Made by a program: the position numbers and the translations under genes. The notes below the pieces were generated by a model. That model was given only the letters and a program-made list of their open reading frames with translations, was not told the origin of the DNA and searched no databases. From an uncultured Pirellulaceae bacterium (GTDB lineage Bacteria > Planctomycetota > Planctomycetia > Pirellulales > Pirellulaceae): a DNA stretch of 36,830 nt. The DNA lies in NCBI GenBank assembly GCA_947259675.1, contig CAMYNE010000001.1, forward strand, positions 2,245-39,074, given 5' to 3'. Below, one piece after another: positions 17,801 through 26,970 of the stretch; position 1 is the stretch's first letter, and the number at the start of each line of letters is the position of its first letter.

Positions 17801-18101
17801 CTTCAATTCAGCAACCCTGGCTCTTTTCGTCGCTCTTCGCGACACGCATGTAACGGATTAAAAATAAATGGCTCCGTTGGCGCGGCTCTGGCAACCGTGC
17901 AAGCGATATGATCTGGTCTTGGAAGAATTGCCCAAAGCGAATTCGTCGACTTGGATCCGCCAGCAAATAGCGGGCTAGCATGGTATCTCGGCCCCCAAAT
18001 GACGGTGGCACTGACAATGACCTGAGCTCTCAAATTCTTTCCTGGTCACTCTTTCAGAACGAGAACGTTCGCTAATTGCGTCTTCAAGCAATGTCGTTGC
18101 C

Positions 18102-18116
18102 TACCCGATTCGGGTA
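18102..18116. promoter_or_regulatory. Palindrome upstream of the DUF11 gene
   Basis: TACCCGA-T-TCGGGTA, perfect 7-bp arms, in a ~560-bp intergenic region. Confidence 0.3.
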
Positions 18117-18364
18117 ACTGCTATTGATATAAAACCCTTGATTTTGGTATCCATTTATCGTCAGCAAGTGTCCGAGCAAGGTGTTTGTTTGAGTTCTGTG
18201 ACGCAATTATTTTCTGGCATCGTACTAATAAATTTGATTTGGCACGGAAGCCGAAAAAGCACTTGGGTTGAAGTCCATCTAATTGTTTATCGATTCCAAG
18301 CCGATTTACCGACGGTCAGTTTTCACACTTCCTGTCGACTTGTTGAATAAAATGGAATCGAGTC

Positions 18365-20944
18365 ATGTCTAATACGAGTGATGAGCGTAGCCCACGTTTT
18401 ACCCGCGCCATTCTTGTTCGAATTCTGGCTGTCGTGGCGTTCGTCGGTTTGGGTACGTTTGCGGTTGTCCAATCGGTGACCGGAGGCAAAGAACAGACAG
18501 GCGAAGTAGCTTCAAACGCCGAACCGGAACACATTGAACGGCTCCAACAGGAACCGCCGCAGACAAAATCAACAACTCAATCAGAATTGACTACGCCACC
18601 GCCGAAAAGCTTGAGCTTCGCGGACAACTCAAGCAAAGGCGAATTCAGCGCGCCTGCGCCCAAAAGTTTTGACACTAACGAGTTTGCAAAACCTATCGCC
18701 AAACCATTTCCACAAAAGTCTCCACCCGTCGTTGCAAAAACGGCGATTGAGTCAACCACACGGCCTTCCGCAATTGATTTGAAGCCCACGGCGTCAACCC
18801 GACCAGCATTGCCAAATAGAATTCCAGCTAGAACGCCCGTCGTCGTCGCCAAACAAGTATCGACCGAGACTCCGCCTCCCGTAAAAACCTTTTCCGATCA
18901 GATTTCCGGAGCGAGATCCACGGGGCAGCCTGTAGCGTCTCGCACGCAAACAACAAAACCTCCCTCGTTACGACCGCCAACACAATCTCCCAGCGACGTG
19001 TCGGTCGATAATTCTTTTGGATCGCGTTCATCTGCCATACCGAACGTACTCAACAATGTCACACAAAAGACAAGTGACATCGCTCAGGACCTCCGCGATT
19101 CGGGGCAAAAGTCCGTGAATAACGTTTTTCAACAAACGCAAAACCGATTGGACTCAGTATCCACTGCGGCAAAAAACAGCCTAAACAATCCAAGTCAATC
19201 GTTGCAATCAAGCTTCAACAACAATCCCCAACCACAACGGCCGACTTCGGTGGTCGAGCAACGGTCGCCTATCCAGCCAGCCACAAACCCCAACGCATCG
19301 TTTGACACGTCACGTGACCTGAAGCCATTTGGACAACCGTCAACAGTCGGCTCGACCTCGTCCCGTCCAGGATCAACCTACCGAACGCAATCCGGACCGT
19401 CCCCGCAAGTCACGCAAGGCCAGTCCTTGCGACGACAAACCGCACCACTAAGCTCACCTCCAGCTCGACAATCGTATTCGCAAATCAGAACGCCTTCATC
19501 GACATCCGGTTCGACGGCCATCAGCAACGTTAATTCAGGTGCCGCAGGAACTCCGGGCGATCGGCAGTTGGAAGGTGTTCAAGCGCCTTCACTCACGATC
19601 GAGAAAATTGCGCCGCGCGAGATTCAAGTCAACCAGTCCGCCGACTTCCAAATTGTCGTTCGCAATGCGGGACAAGTGACCGCCAATGACGTTCAAGTTT
19701 TTGACATGATCCCGACGGGGACCGAGTATGTTTCGGCAGTCCCACAACCGACACGCGCTGGCGCCCGGGACCTCCGCTGGAACCTGGGCGAAATGCGTCC
19801 CGGTCAGGAAAAGCGAATCAAGATTCAGTTAAAGCCGGTCCGTCCCGGTGAGATTGGCAGCGTCGCCCATGTCACATTTGCAAGTCAGGCCTCAATGCGG
19901 ACGCTCGTAACCAAGCCGGTTTTGGAAATCCGACAAACGGCTCAATCCAAAGTGCTGATTGGCGACAACGTCGTTCTCGATGTTACAGTAGAAAACAAGG
20001 GCGACGGACCTGCCAAAAAAGTCATGATTCAAGAAGATGTTCCACCTCAACTTGAATTTTCAGATGGATATCGTGAGCTTGAATATGAGATCGGAACGCT
20101 CGCCCCAGGCCAATCAAAACGAGTTCGCCTTTCCTTACGCGCTGCCGAAATCGGACGCTTGAAAAACGTTCTGGTCGCAACGGCCGATGGCGGATTGACG
20201 GCCCAACATGCCCTCGACATGGAAGTGATTGCACCTCAACTGGTCGCAACCGGTAACGGGCCGAGACGCAAGTTTCTCAAGCGGGAAGCGACGCATCAGT
20301 TCTCGGTTGAAAACAAAGGAACCGCAGATGCAACCAACGTCGAATTGATTGCTCGACTCCCTGGCGGCCTGAAATTCCTCAACGCCAACAACCGGGGCAA
20401 ATACGACCCTAACACCCATGCAGTCTATTGGAGCCTCGCGGAGTTGACGCCAAATGTTGTGGGTACGGTTGAGCTGACAACCCTACCTGTCGAATCGGGC
20501 GAACAAAAAATTAACTTTGAAGCCATGGCTGACCTTGATCAGAAATCACAAACGGCGCAGGCATTACTTGTTGAGCATTTGATCGACGTGTTTTTTGACA
20601 TTGACGACGTTGTTGACCCAATTGAAATCGGTAGCCCAACGAGTTATCGAATTCGTGTGATTAATCAGGGAACCAAAACTGCGACCAACGTCAGAATCCA
20701 GATCGATTTTCCGAACGAGATTCAGCCAATTTCGGTTGACGGCAATTTGCCGAACGAAATCCGCGGTCAGCAAATCTTGTTTGCTCCAATTACCAGCATG
20801 AATCCAAATGATGAAATCAAGCTGGTCGTAAACGGCAAGGGAATTGGACAGGGCGATCACCGAGTCGTGGTTCGTCTGCTGACGGATGGGCGAACAACAC
20901 CTGTTTCAAAGGAAGAAACGACACGTGTCTACGACGATCGGTAG
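18365..20944 (+). CDS. Membrane-anchored DUF11 (OmcB-like Ig repeat) protein with long Pro/Ser/Thr/Gln-rich linker
   Basis: N-terminal TM helix, about 360 aa of low-complexity linker, then four repeats of the type F/YxIxVxNxGxxxAxxVxxxDxxP. Confidence 0.85.
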   Translation: MSNTSDERSPRFTRAILVRILAVVAFVGLGTFAVVQSVTGGKEQTGEVASNAEPEHIERLQQEPPQTKSTTQSELTTPPPKSLSFADNSSKGEFSAPAPKSFDTNEFAKPIAKPFPQKSPPVVAKTAIESTTRPSAIDLKPTASTRPALPNRIPARTPVVVAKQVSTETPPPVKTFSDQISGARSTGQPVASRTQTTKPPSLRPPTQSPSDVSVDNSFGSRSSAIPNVLNNVTQKTSDIAQDLRDSGQKSVNNVFQQTQNRLDSVSTAAKNSLNNPSQSLQSSFNNNPQPQRPTSVVEQRSPIQPATNPNASFDTSRDLKPFGQPSTVGSTSSRPGSTYRTQSGPSPQVTQGQSLRRQTAPLSSPPARQSYSQIRTPSSTSGSTAISNVNSGAAGTPGDRQLEGVQAPSLTIEKIAPREIQVNQSADFQIVVRNAGQVTANDVQVFDMIPTGTEYVSAVPQPTRAGARDLRWNLGEMRPGQEKRIKIQLKPVRPGEIGSVAHVTFASQASMRTLVTKPVLEIRQTAQSKVLIGDNVVLDVTVENKGDGPAKKVMIQEDVPPQLEFSDGYRELEYEIGTLAPGQSKRVRLSLRAAEIGRLKNVLVATADGGLTAQHALDMEVIAPQLVATGNGPRRKFLKREATHQFSVENKGTADATNVELIARLPGGLKFLNANNRGKYDPNTHAVYWSLAELTPNVVGTVELTTLPVESGEQKINFEAMADLDQKSQTAQALLVEHLIDVFFDIDDVVDPIEIGSPTSYRIRVINQGTKTATNVRIQIDFPNEIQPISVDGNLPNEIRGQQILFAPITSMNPNDEIKLVVNGKGIGQGDHRVVVRLLTDGRTTPVSKEETTRVYDDR

Positions 20945-20950
20945 CCTGCA

Positions 20951-22108
20951 CTACCTGCCTGTCAGGTCCAACTGAATCAATTTGCTGATCACCCCGTCGA
21001 CTGCCACTCTCGTTTTTTGCGGATCACCAACGTTGGTTACCGCGAGATAAACCGATTTGGTATTTGGGGCAACCCAAATGAGGGCCATCCATACGGTATT
21101 GGACCCGCCATGAGTTAAAACGGTGCCCTTGCCCCAGCCACGCTTTACGACGATCCAACCCTTGGCATATTCGCTCTTTTGATTGGGAACGTGGAGTTCT
21201 GAAATCGATTCTGCCGAGAGAAAGTCGCCTCCTTCGGTCCTTGTATGTTCGAGTGCGAATCTGGCCCAATCGGCGATGCTCATGTGGACCGTACCGGCAG
21301 GCCCAAGTGCTGGTGCGTTGTCGATCTGCGTCGCAAAAAATTTATTATTCGCAATCGGCAAATGCCCCCAAGGCTGATCGACTTCGCCTAACGTGCCAGG
21401 TGGTCCAAAGCCAGCGGTAGTAAGTTGCAGCACGTCAAAAACCTCTTCTCGCATGAGTTGCTCCCATGGCTTTCCTGTCTTCTTGGCCGCAATCAATCCG
21501 GCGATCATGTACCCGAGATTCGAATAGACATATTCTGTACCAGGTTTTTTCTTGGGAGCCGTCGCAAGTGAGTCGATGACGATCAGACCACGCGTTTCGG
21601 TCAAGTTGTCGCCACCTTGCAAGCGCCAATTCTTCGCGTTTGCCGGCATTCCACCCAGGTGCATGACCAATTGCCTGAGTGTCACGTCGTGATAATCGGA
21701 ATGAATCTTTTTGGAGATTTCGGGCAAGCCCTGTTTGACGGTGATGTCCCAGGTGAACTCGCCTTTTTCGACCAGCCGCGCAAGCATGGATGCAGTAATC
21801 GCCTTGGTACATGAACCCAGATGCAATTGATCATGGATCGTCATCGGGGTTTCATCATTGAATTTGCGGACCCCTACAGCCGCAACACGGATCGACTCAT
21901 CTCGCTTGGCGATCGCGGCGACGATCCCCGGCATCGGGTGTTCTTTAAGCGATTGCTCGATGATCTTTTTGATTGCCGGATCAGGCTGGGACGTTTGTTC
22001 TTCCTGTGGCCCTGGAGCTGCTGTTATCCGACCTCCAGCAACTTCCGGCCAGAACCCAAACGAACTCAGGAACAGCAAGACTTGAATAACGCTCTTAAAT
22101 ACTCGCAT
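20951..22108 (-). CDS. Serine hydrolase, beta-lactamase/AmpC-like family, exported
   Basis: SxxK (GSCTK), YxN (YSN) and HGG motifs; signal peptide. Confidence 0.88.
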   Translation of the reverse strand: MRVFKSVIQVLLFLSSFGFWPEVAGGRITAAPGPQEEQTSQPDPAIKKIIEQSLKEHPMPGIVAAIAKRDESIRVAAVGVRKFNDETPMTIHDQLHLGSCTKAITASMLARLVEKGEFTWDITVKQGLPEISKKIHSDYHDVTLRQLVMHLGGMPANAKNWRLQGGDNLTETRGLIVIDSLATAPKKKPGTEYVYSNLGYMIAGLIAAKKTGKPWEQLMREEVFDVLQLTTAGFGPPGTLGEVDQPWGHLPIANNKFFATQIDNAPALGPAGTVHMSIADWARFALEHTRTEGGDFLSAESISELHVPNQKSEYAKGWIVVKRGWGKGTVLTHGGSNTVWMALIWVAPNTKSVYLAVTNVGDPQKTRVAVDGVISKLIQLDLTGR

Positions 22109-22265
22109 ATTCTCTTCCGATTCCGTTTTTTACCCTGTCGGTAGTCAATGGCAATTTGCTAAACTTGCGGGTCCATTTTCGGAGTTTAAGTTCATTGTGA
22201 CAACATGTTGCCACCAACTTTTGTTGGCAACCGAATGATTGACGATTGAGTAAGGAGCCAACACC

Positions 22266-23027
22266 GTGCGTCGCCCACTTATTGCTGGTAACTGGAAAAT
22301 GAACCTCACACGAGAAGAATCGGTCTCGCTGGCGTCCGAACTGTGTCGTGCGGACTCTTCCAACACCGACATCTTGATCTGTCCGCCCTATGTTTATCTG
22401 GATGCGGTTTCGCAAGCGGTCGCCGGGTCGTCGATTAACGTCGGTTCGCAGGACGCTTATTTTGAAGCGAGCGGCGCGTTCACGGGTGAGATCAGCGTGG
22501 GTATGTTGAAAGACATCGGCTGCCAGTTCATCATTTTGGGCCATAGCGAGCGTCGGCACGTTTTGGGCGAGAGTGACCTGTTGATCAACAAGAAAGTTCA
22601 CGCCGTGCTCTCCGGTGATTTAACACCCATTGTTTGCGTCGGTGAAACCTTGGAAGAACGTGAAGCGGGTAAAACGCTGGACGTGATAAAATCCCAATTT
22701 GACGGGTCTTTGGCCGGTTTGACGGCCGACCAGATCAAGAAAACCGTAATCGCCTATGAGCCCGTGTGGGCGATCGGAACGGGAAAAACCGCCACACCCG
22801 AACAGGCCCAGGAGGTCCACGCTGACCTTCGCAGAATCCTCGCGGAACGTTATAATCCTGAGACTTCAGAGGAAGTCAGAATTCTCTATGGTGGCAGCGT
22901 CAAACCGGATAACACGGCTGAGCTGATGGCCCAAGCCGATATCGATGGGGCTCTCGTCGGCGGTGCTTCCCTCCAATCTGACAGTTTTATTGATATCATC
23001 AACGCGTCGGGAGTGAGTGCAGGCTGA
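22266..23027 (+). CDS. tpiA: Triosephosphate isomerase
   Basis: AGNWKMN, GHSERR, AYEPVWAIGTG, YGGSV and LVGGASL motifs. GTG start with an AAGGAG RBS just upstream. Confidence 0.98.
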   Translation: MRRPLIAGNWKMNLTREESVSLASELCRADSSNTDILICPPYVYLDAVSQAVAGSSINVGSQDAYFEASGAFTGEISVGMLKDIGCQFIILGHSERRHVLGESDLLINKKVHAVLSGDLTPIVCVGETLEEREAGKTLDVIKSQFDGSLAGLTADQIKKTVIAYEPVWAIGTGKTATPEQAQEVHADLRRILAERYNPETSEEVRILYGGSVKPDNTAELMAQADIDGALVGGASLQSDSFIDIINASGVSAG

Positions 23028-23084
23028 TTGCTCCAGTTTGTTTCAAAACAAGGCTTTTACAGACACGAATAACTAGGTTCAAAA

Positions 23085-23675
23085 ATGGGTTTGTTCTTAC
23101 TCGGTTCAATTGGTTTGTTCTTTTTTGGTACGCTGCTTGCGCTATCCTCGTTTTTCATGATGCTGTTGATTCTTGTGCAGCGCGGTAAGGGCGGCGGGCT
23201 TACGGGTGCACTTGGCGGAATGGGTGGACAAAGCGCGTTTGGCGCCAAAGCCGGTGACGCGTTCACGAGAATCACCACGATCACCGCCATTGTCTGGATC
23301 ACCCTCTCAATGCTTACCATTGCACTCTTCAATCCACCGCCCGCGAAGGAAACCGCTGATAAGCAACCGGAAGTTACCGCGACAACAACAGCGAAACCGG
23401 AAGAGAGCGGCGAAGCGCAACCAGCTGACGAAGCTGAAAAGGCCGCGATCGAGTTGGCTGATCCGGAAAAGACCGAAGACTCAACGGAAGCGGCCGAGTC
23501 TTCTGCTGATTCGGCTGCTGTGGATCCAGATTCCACCGAGGATCCAGATTCCACCGAGGATCCAGATTCGACCGAGGGGCCAGATTCGACCGAGGGGCCA
23601 GATTCGACCGAAGGCTCGGGCGAAGCTGCTGGCGAAAATGACGATCAAGGCAGAGACTCTTCGAGCGACGGTTAA
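23085..23675 (+). CDS. secG: Preprotein translocase subunit SecG with long acidic C-terminal tail
   Basis: ILVQRGKGGGL...GGQSAFG...FTRIT between two TM helices; conserved position after tpiA. Confidence 0.92.
   Translation: MGLFLLGSIGLFFFGTLLALSSFFMMLLILVQRGKGGGLTGALGGMGGQSAFGAKAGDAFTRITTITAIVWITLSMLTIALFNPPPAKETADKQPEVTATTTAKPEESGEAQPADEAEKAAIELADPEKTEDSTEAAESSADSAAVDPDSTEDPDSTEDPDSTEGPDSTEGPDSTEGSGEAAGENDDQGRDSSSDG
23523..23612 (+). repeat. 18-bp tandem repeat x5 in secG, encoding (D/G)PDSTE
   Basis: GATCCAGATTCCACCGAG x2, GATCCAGATTCGACCGAG, GGGCCAGATTCGACCGAG, GGGCCAGATTCGACCGAA. Confidence 0.95.
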
Positions 23676-23693
23676 CCTCAGGAGTTATCAATC

Positions 23694-24563
23694 TTGTTAC
23701 TCAGCATGACGGGTCATGGTCAGGCGTTGGTCCAGAATGAAATGGCTCAAGTGCTTGCCGAAATTCGCACCGTCAACAATCGTTTTCTCAAGCTCAATAT
23801 CAACGGTGATCTTGCCCCTGCGCAAATGTCGGAACTTGAAGGCCTGGTAAAAAAATACGTCACACGAGGCTCCGTCAATTTACGGCTCAAAGTCCAGTTC
23901 CTCGATGGCGCGCAGAACTACCGTCTGAATGAGCCTGTGATCAAGGCTTATGTCGAACAGCTTTCCGGCATCTTGAGCACCGGTGAGAGATTCGATGTTC
24001 AGGCGTTGCTGAGTTTGCCGGGCACCGTGGATGAAACGGGCTCCGAAGAACAACAGAAAATCTTCTGGCCTCTCGTCCAGCAAGCGACCGAAGAGGCTCT
24101 GCGCCGGTTGACCGAGATGCGCGAAAAAGAAGGCGCGTTCATGGGCCAAGACTTAACCGTCAACTGTGACGTAATTGAGGCGGAAACCAAACACATCGCT
24201 CAACTAGCGCCGAGAGTCGCCGAGAATTTTTCTAAAAAAATTACCGATCGCATCAACCAGATGCTGGAACAATACGACGTCTCTGTTGAACCGTCTGATA
24301 TGATACGAGAGGTTGGAATTTTCGCTGAACGCGTAGATATCTCTGAAGAAATAGTTCGGCTGGGTAGCCACATCCAACAGTTTCGAGCCGTTCTTAAAGA
24401 AAAACAATCCAACGGGCGCAAGCTGGATTTCCTGACTCAGGAAATGCTGCGCGAAACCAACACCATTGGATCCAAGGCTAATGACGCTGAAATTGCCGGT
24501 CACGTCGTCGAAATCAAGACGGCGATCGAGCGAATTCGGGAGATGGTTCAAAACGTGGAATGA
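23694..24563 (+). CDS. yicC: YicC/YloC family endoribonuclease
   Basis: SMTGHG, EIRTVNNR, DISEEIVRL, GRKLDFLTQEMLRETNTIGSK and IREMVQNVE motifs; TTG start. Confidence 0.95.
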   Translation: MLLSMTGHGQALVQNEMAQVLAEIRTVNNRFLKLNINGDLAPAQMSELEGLVKKYVTRGSVNLRLKVQFLDGAQNYRLNEPVIKAYVEQLSGILSTGERFDVQALLSLPGTVDETGSEEQQKIFWPLVQQATEEALRRLTEMREKEGAFMGQDLTVNCDVIEAETKHIAQLAPRVAENFSKKITDRINQMLEQYDVSVEPSDMIREVGIFAERVDISEEIVRLGSHIQQFRAVLKEKQSNGRKLDFLTQEMLRETNTIGSKANDAEIAGHVVEIKTAIERIREMVQNVE

Positions 24564-24626
24564 ATTCCCTCCAGTTTCCGTTTCAACCTTGAATACTTGA
24601 TGCACTCATCGGCGGAATCGGACACG

Positions 24627-25223
24627 ATGAAAAACGAACAAGGAAAACTGATTATCATCTCCGGGCCCTCAGGGGTAGGTAAAACAACCGTGCTTCGCAG
24701 GTTGATGGCAACTTGTCCGCTTTCGCTGGAAGAGAGTGTTTCTTGTACCACGCGTCCGCGCCGAGTGGGCGAAACTGAGGGTGTCAGTTACCATTATTTG
24801 ACCGAAGAACAGTTTCACAAACATCGCAAACAGGGTGATTTCCTCGAATGCACCGAGGTTTTCGGTCGCGGCCACTGGTATGGGACGCTTCGACAACCAG
24901 TTACCACTGGTCTAAACAAGGGCAACTGGATAATCTTAGAGATTGATGTGGAAGGGGCCGGCAAGGTCATGCCGCTCTATCCCGATGCCATTTCTATCTT
25001 TATTCACCCAGGCGGAATCGAAGAACTGGAACGCCGTTTGCACGGCCGGGGTACTGAATCTGATGAAGCCATCAAGCGTCGTTTGGAAGTCGCCAGCCAC
25101 GAACTCGAAGCAGCCCCAAGCTATTCCCATATCGTAATCAATCAATCGGTCGAGCAGACAGTCGATGACATCTGCCAGTTGTTGCTAAAAAGCGGAGAAA
25201 ACTCTGAATGTACGACGAACTGA
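24627..25223 (+). CDS. gmk: Guanylate kinase
   Basis: [28 protein letters not shown] and RGTES motifs. ATG 24627 is preferred (ORF open from 24597). Confidence 0.96.
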   Translation: MKNEQGKLIIISGPSGVGKTTVLRRLMATCPLSLEESVSCTTRPRRVGETEGVSYHYLTEEQFHKHRKQGDFLECTEVFGRGHWYGTLRQPVTTGLNKGNWIILEIDVEGAGKVMPLYPDAISIFIHPGGIEELERRLHGRGTESDEAIKRRLEVASHELEAAPSYSHIVINQSVEQTVDDICQLLLKSGENSECTTN

Positions 25224-25468
25224 AAGAAGAAGAAATCGTTCGCAAAGTCGGGGGAAGATTCAAACTTTCCACGCTAATTCAAAAACGCCTGGTTCAACTC
25301 AACCAGGGTGCACGCCCACTCATTGAAACCCACCTCAAGGACAAAATGGCGATCGTTTTGCAAGAGATTCTGCAAGACAAGATCTACCTCGACAGGACGC
25401 AGGAAGTAGGGATTGGAGAGTCACCCGATTTCTCCGATACACCAGAACTAAACCTTGACGATTTGTAA
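25208..25468 (+). CDS. rpoZ: RNA polymerase omega subunit
   Basis: [19 protein letters not shown]...LQEI pattern; overlaps the gmk 3' end; conserved gmk-rpoZ-coaBC synteny. Confidence 0.9.
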   Translation: MYDELKEEEIVRKVGGRFKLSTLIQKRLVQLNQGARPLIETHLKDKMAIVLQEILQDKIYLDRTQEVGIGESPDFSDTPELNLDDL

Positions 25469-25626
25469 TTCGAATCCAGGATATCGTCGCTATCCAAGTT
25501 TCCCGAAGTGAACACAATCGGAGCGAGCCTGAGATAGAACCGATCTATCTGCGCAGCCTGGATAACTTTCACCAAGATTAGTCGTATGTGCGACCGGCAC
25601 AATATGTCTCTGAGATTCGCACAGCC

Positions 25627-25661
25627 AAGGTGAGGCTCCTTTTTGGAACCTCGCCTTTTTT
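25627..25661 (+). terminator. Rho-independent terminator-like hairpin directly upstream of coaC
   Basis: AAGGTGAGG-C-TCC[TTTTT]GGA-A-CCTCGCCTT, running into a T tract; ends 23 nt before ATG 25685. Confidence 0.7.
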
Positions 25662-25684
25662 CGGCGCCCCAGCAAAGCAAACCA

Positions 25685-26215
25685 ATGACTCAAATCCTAA
25701 TCGGAATCACAGGCGGAATCGCGTCATACAAAACGGCATCGCTTGTCAGTGAACTGATCCAGAACGGCAATCAAGTCGATGTTGTGATGACGCAGGCGGC
25801 CCTCCAGTTTATTGGCACTGCAACGTTCACCGCCTTGACCGGCACGCCCGTCGCAACAAATACTTTTGATGTAGCGTTTCCTTTGGGGGCTCATATCGAG
25901 CTGGCTCGCAAATCGGATTTGCTTTGTGTTGCGCCGGCAACAGCCAATTTTCTGGCCAAAGCCGCGAACGGCATCGCCGACGATCTCCTGAGCACCTTGT
26001 ACCTTTGTTTCACGGGTCCAATTCTCATGGCGCCAGCGATGAACAATGAGATGTGGGAGAAGTCAGCCGTGCAACGCAACGTCGACCAATTGAGAAGCGA
26101 CGGAGTTACCTTCATCGAACCTCAGGAAGGCTGGTTAAGCTGTCGCACTAAAGGCATCGGGCGAATGGCAGAACCCACCACGATCCGCGAGGCGATTGAT
26201 TCATATTTTCAATAG
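25685..26215 (+). CDS. coaC: Phosphopantothenoylcysteine decarboxylase (stand-alone CoaC)
   Basis: GITGGIASYK, HIELAR, VAPATAN, APAMN and LSCRTKGIGRM motifs. ATG 25685 is preferred over TTG 25643, which lies inside the terminator. Confidence 0.92.
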   Translation: MTQILIGITGGIASYKTASLVSELIQNGNQVDVVMTQAALQFIGTATFTALTGTPVATNTFDVAFPLGAHIELARKSDLLCVAPATANFLAKAANGIADDLLSTLYLCFTGPILMAPAMNNEMWEKSAVQRNVDQLRSDGVTFIEPQEGWLSCRTKGIGRMAEPTTIREAIDSYFQ

Positions 26216-26223
26216 GAACTTCA

Positions 26224-26898
26224 ATGGCGCGCATCCTCATTACCTCGGGACCCACTCGTCAGTTCATCGATCCGGTTCGCTACTTGAGTAATGCCTCAAG
26301 CGGCAATATGGGACGCTGTCTTGCCGAAGCGGCTCTTGAAAAGGGTCATCAAGTTGTCGTCGTGAGTGGTCCGGTGCAAATCGAATACCCAACAGACGCC
26401 GAAGTAATCGATGTGGTTTCCACCGACGAAATGCTTAGTGCTTGCGTAACGCAATTTAGAGGTTGCGATGGAGTGATTGGAGCTGCCGCTCCCTGCGACT
26501 ATCAGCCTGTGGAGGTCGCCGACCATAAAATTCGAAAAACTGGTGAAGCTCTGCAAATCAAACTGATCGAAACTACCGATGTCATGGCTGCTTTAGGCGT
26601 CGAGAAACAACCGTCCCAGTGGTCAGTCGGATTTGCACTTGAAACCGAAGACGCCAGGTTTCGAGCGTTGTCAAAACTACAACGAAAGTTTTGTGACCTG
26701 GTCGTCGTAAACGGGATCGCTGCAATGGACTCGCCAGATAACAACGTCGAAATCATCGACCATGAGGGCAACATTATTGCGACTTCATCAGGATCCAAGT
26801 CAAATGTTGCCAGGACAATTCTGGACATCGTTCAGAAACAACTGATCGAGCGAGAAAGCGGCAATCAGAGTCGGACAAACCATGGAGCCCACACATAA
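26224..26898 (+). CDS. coaB: Phosphopantothenate-cysteine ligase (stand-alone CoaB)
   Basis: LITSGPT, DPVRYLSNASSGNMG, AAAPCDY and VGFALET motifs. Confidence 0.92.
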   Translation: MARILITSGPTRQFIDPVRYLSNASSGNMGRCLAEAALEKGHQVVVVSGPVQIEYPTDAEVIDVVSTDEMLSACVTQFRGCDGVIGAAAPCDYQPVEVADHKIRKTGEALQIKLIETTDVMAALGVEKQPSQWSVGFALETEDARFRALSKLQRKFCDLVVVNGIAAMDSPDNNVEIIDHEGNIIATSSGSKSNVARTILDIVQKQLIERESGNQSRTNHGAHT

Positions 26899-26970
26899 TC
26901 GGTCGTTTTCCGCCAGGCTTGGTATGTTCAAAATCCATCCAGGCAACGGTGATGAACAGCGGAGAACGGG

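Noticed and set aside
17803-18350. Short ORFs (69-76 aa) or a tmRNA/RNase P/SRP gene in the long intergenic region
   Set aside because: No protein motifs or RBS, and I could not find hallmark sequences of these RNAs by eye.
20951-22108. Calling the serine hydrolase an antibiotic-resistance beta-lactamase
   Set aside because: The motifs only place it in the broad family, most members of which are esterases or peptidases.
23523-23612. Tandem repeat as a CRISPR array
   Set aside because: Units are contiguous 18-mers without spacers, in frame within secG, and there are no cas genes.
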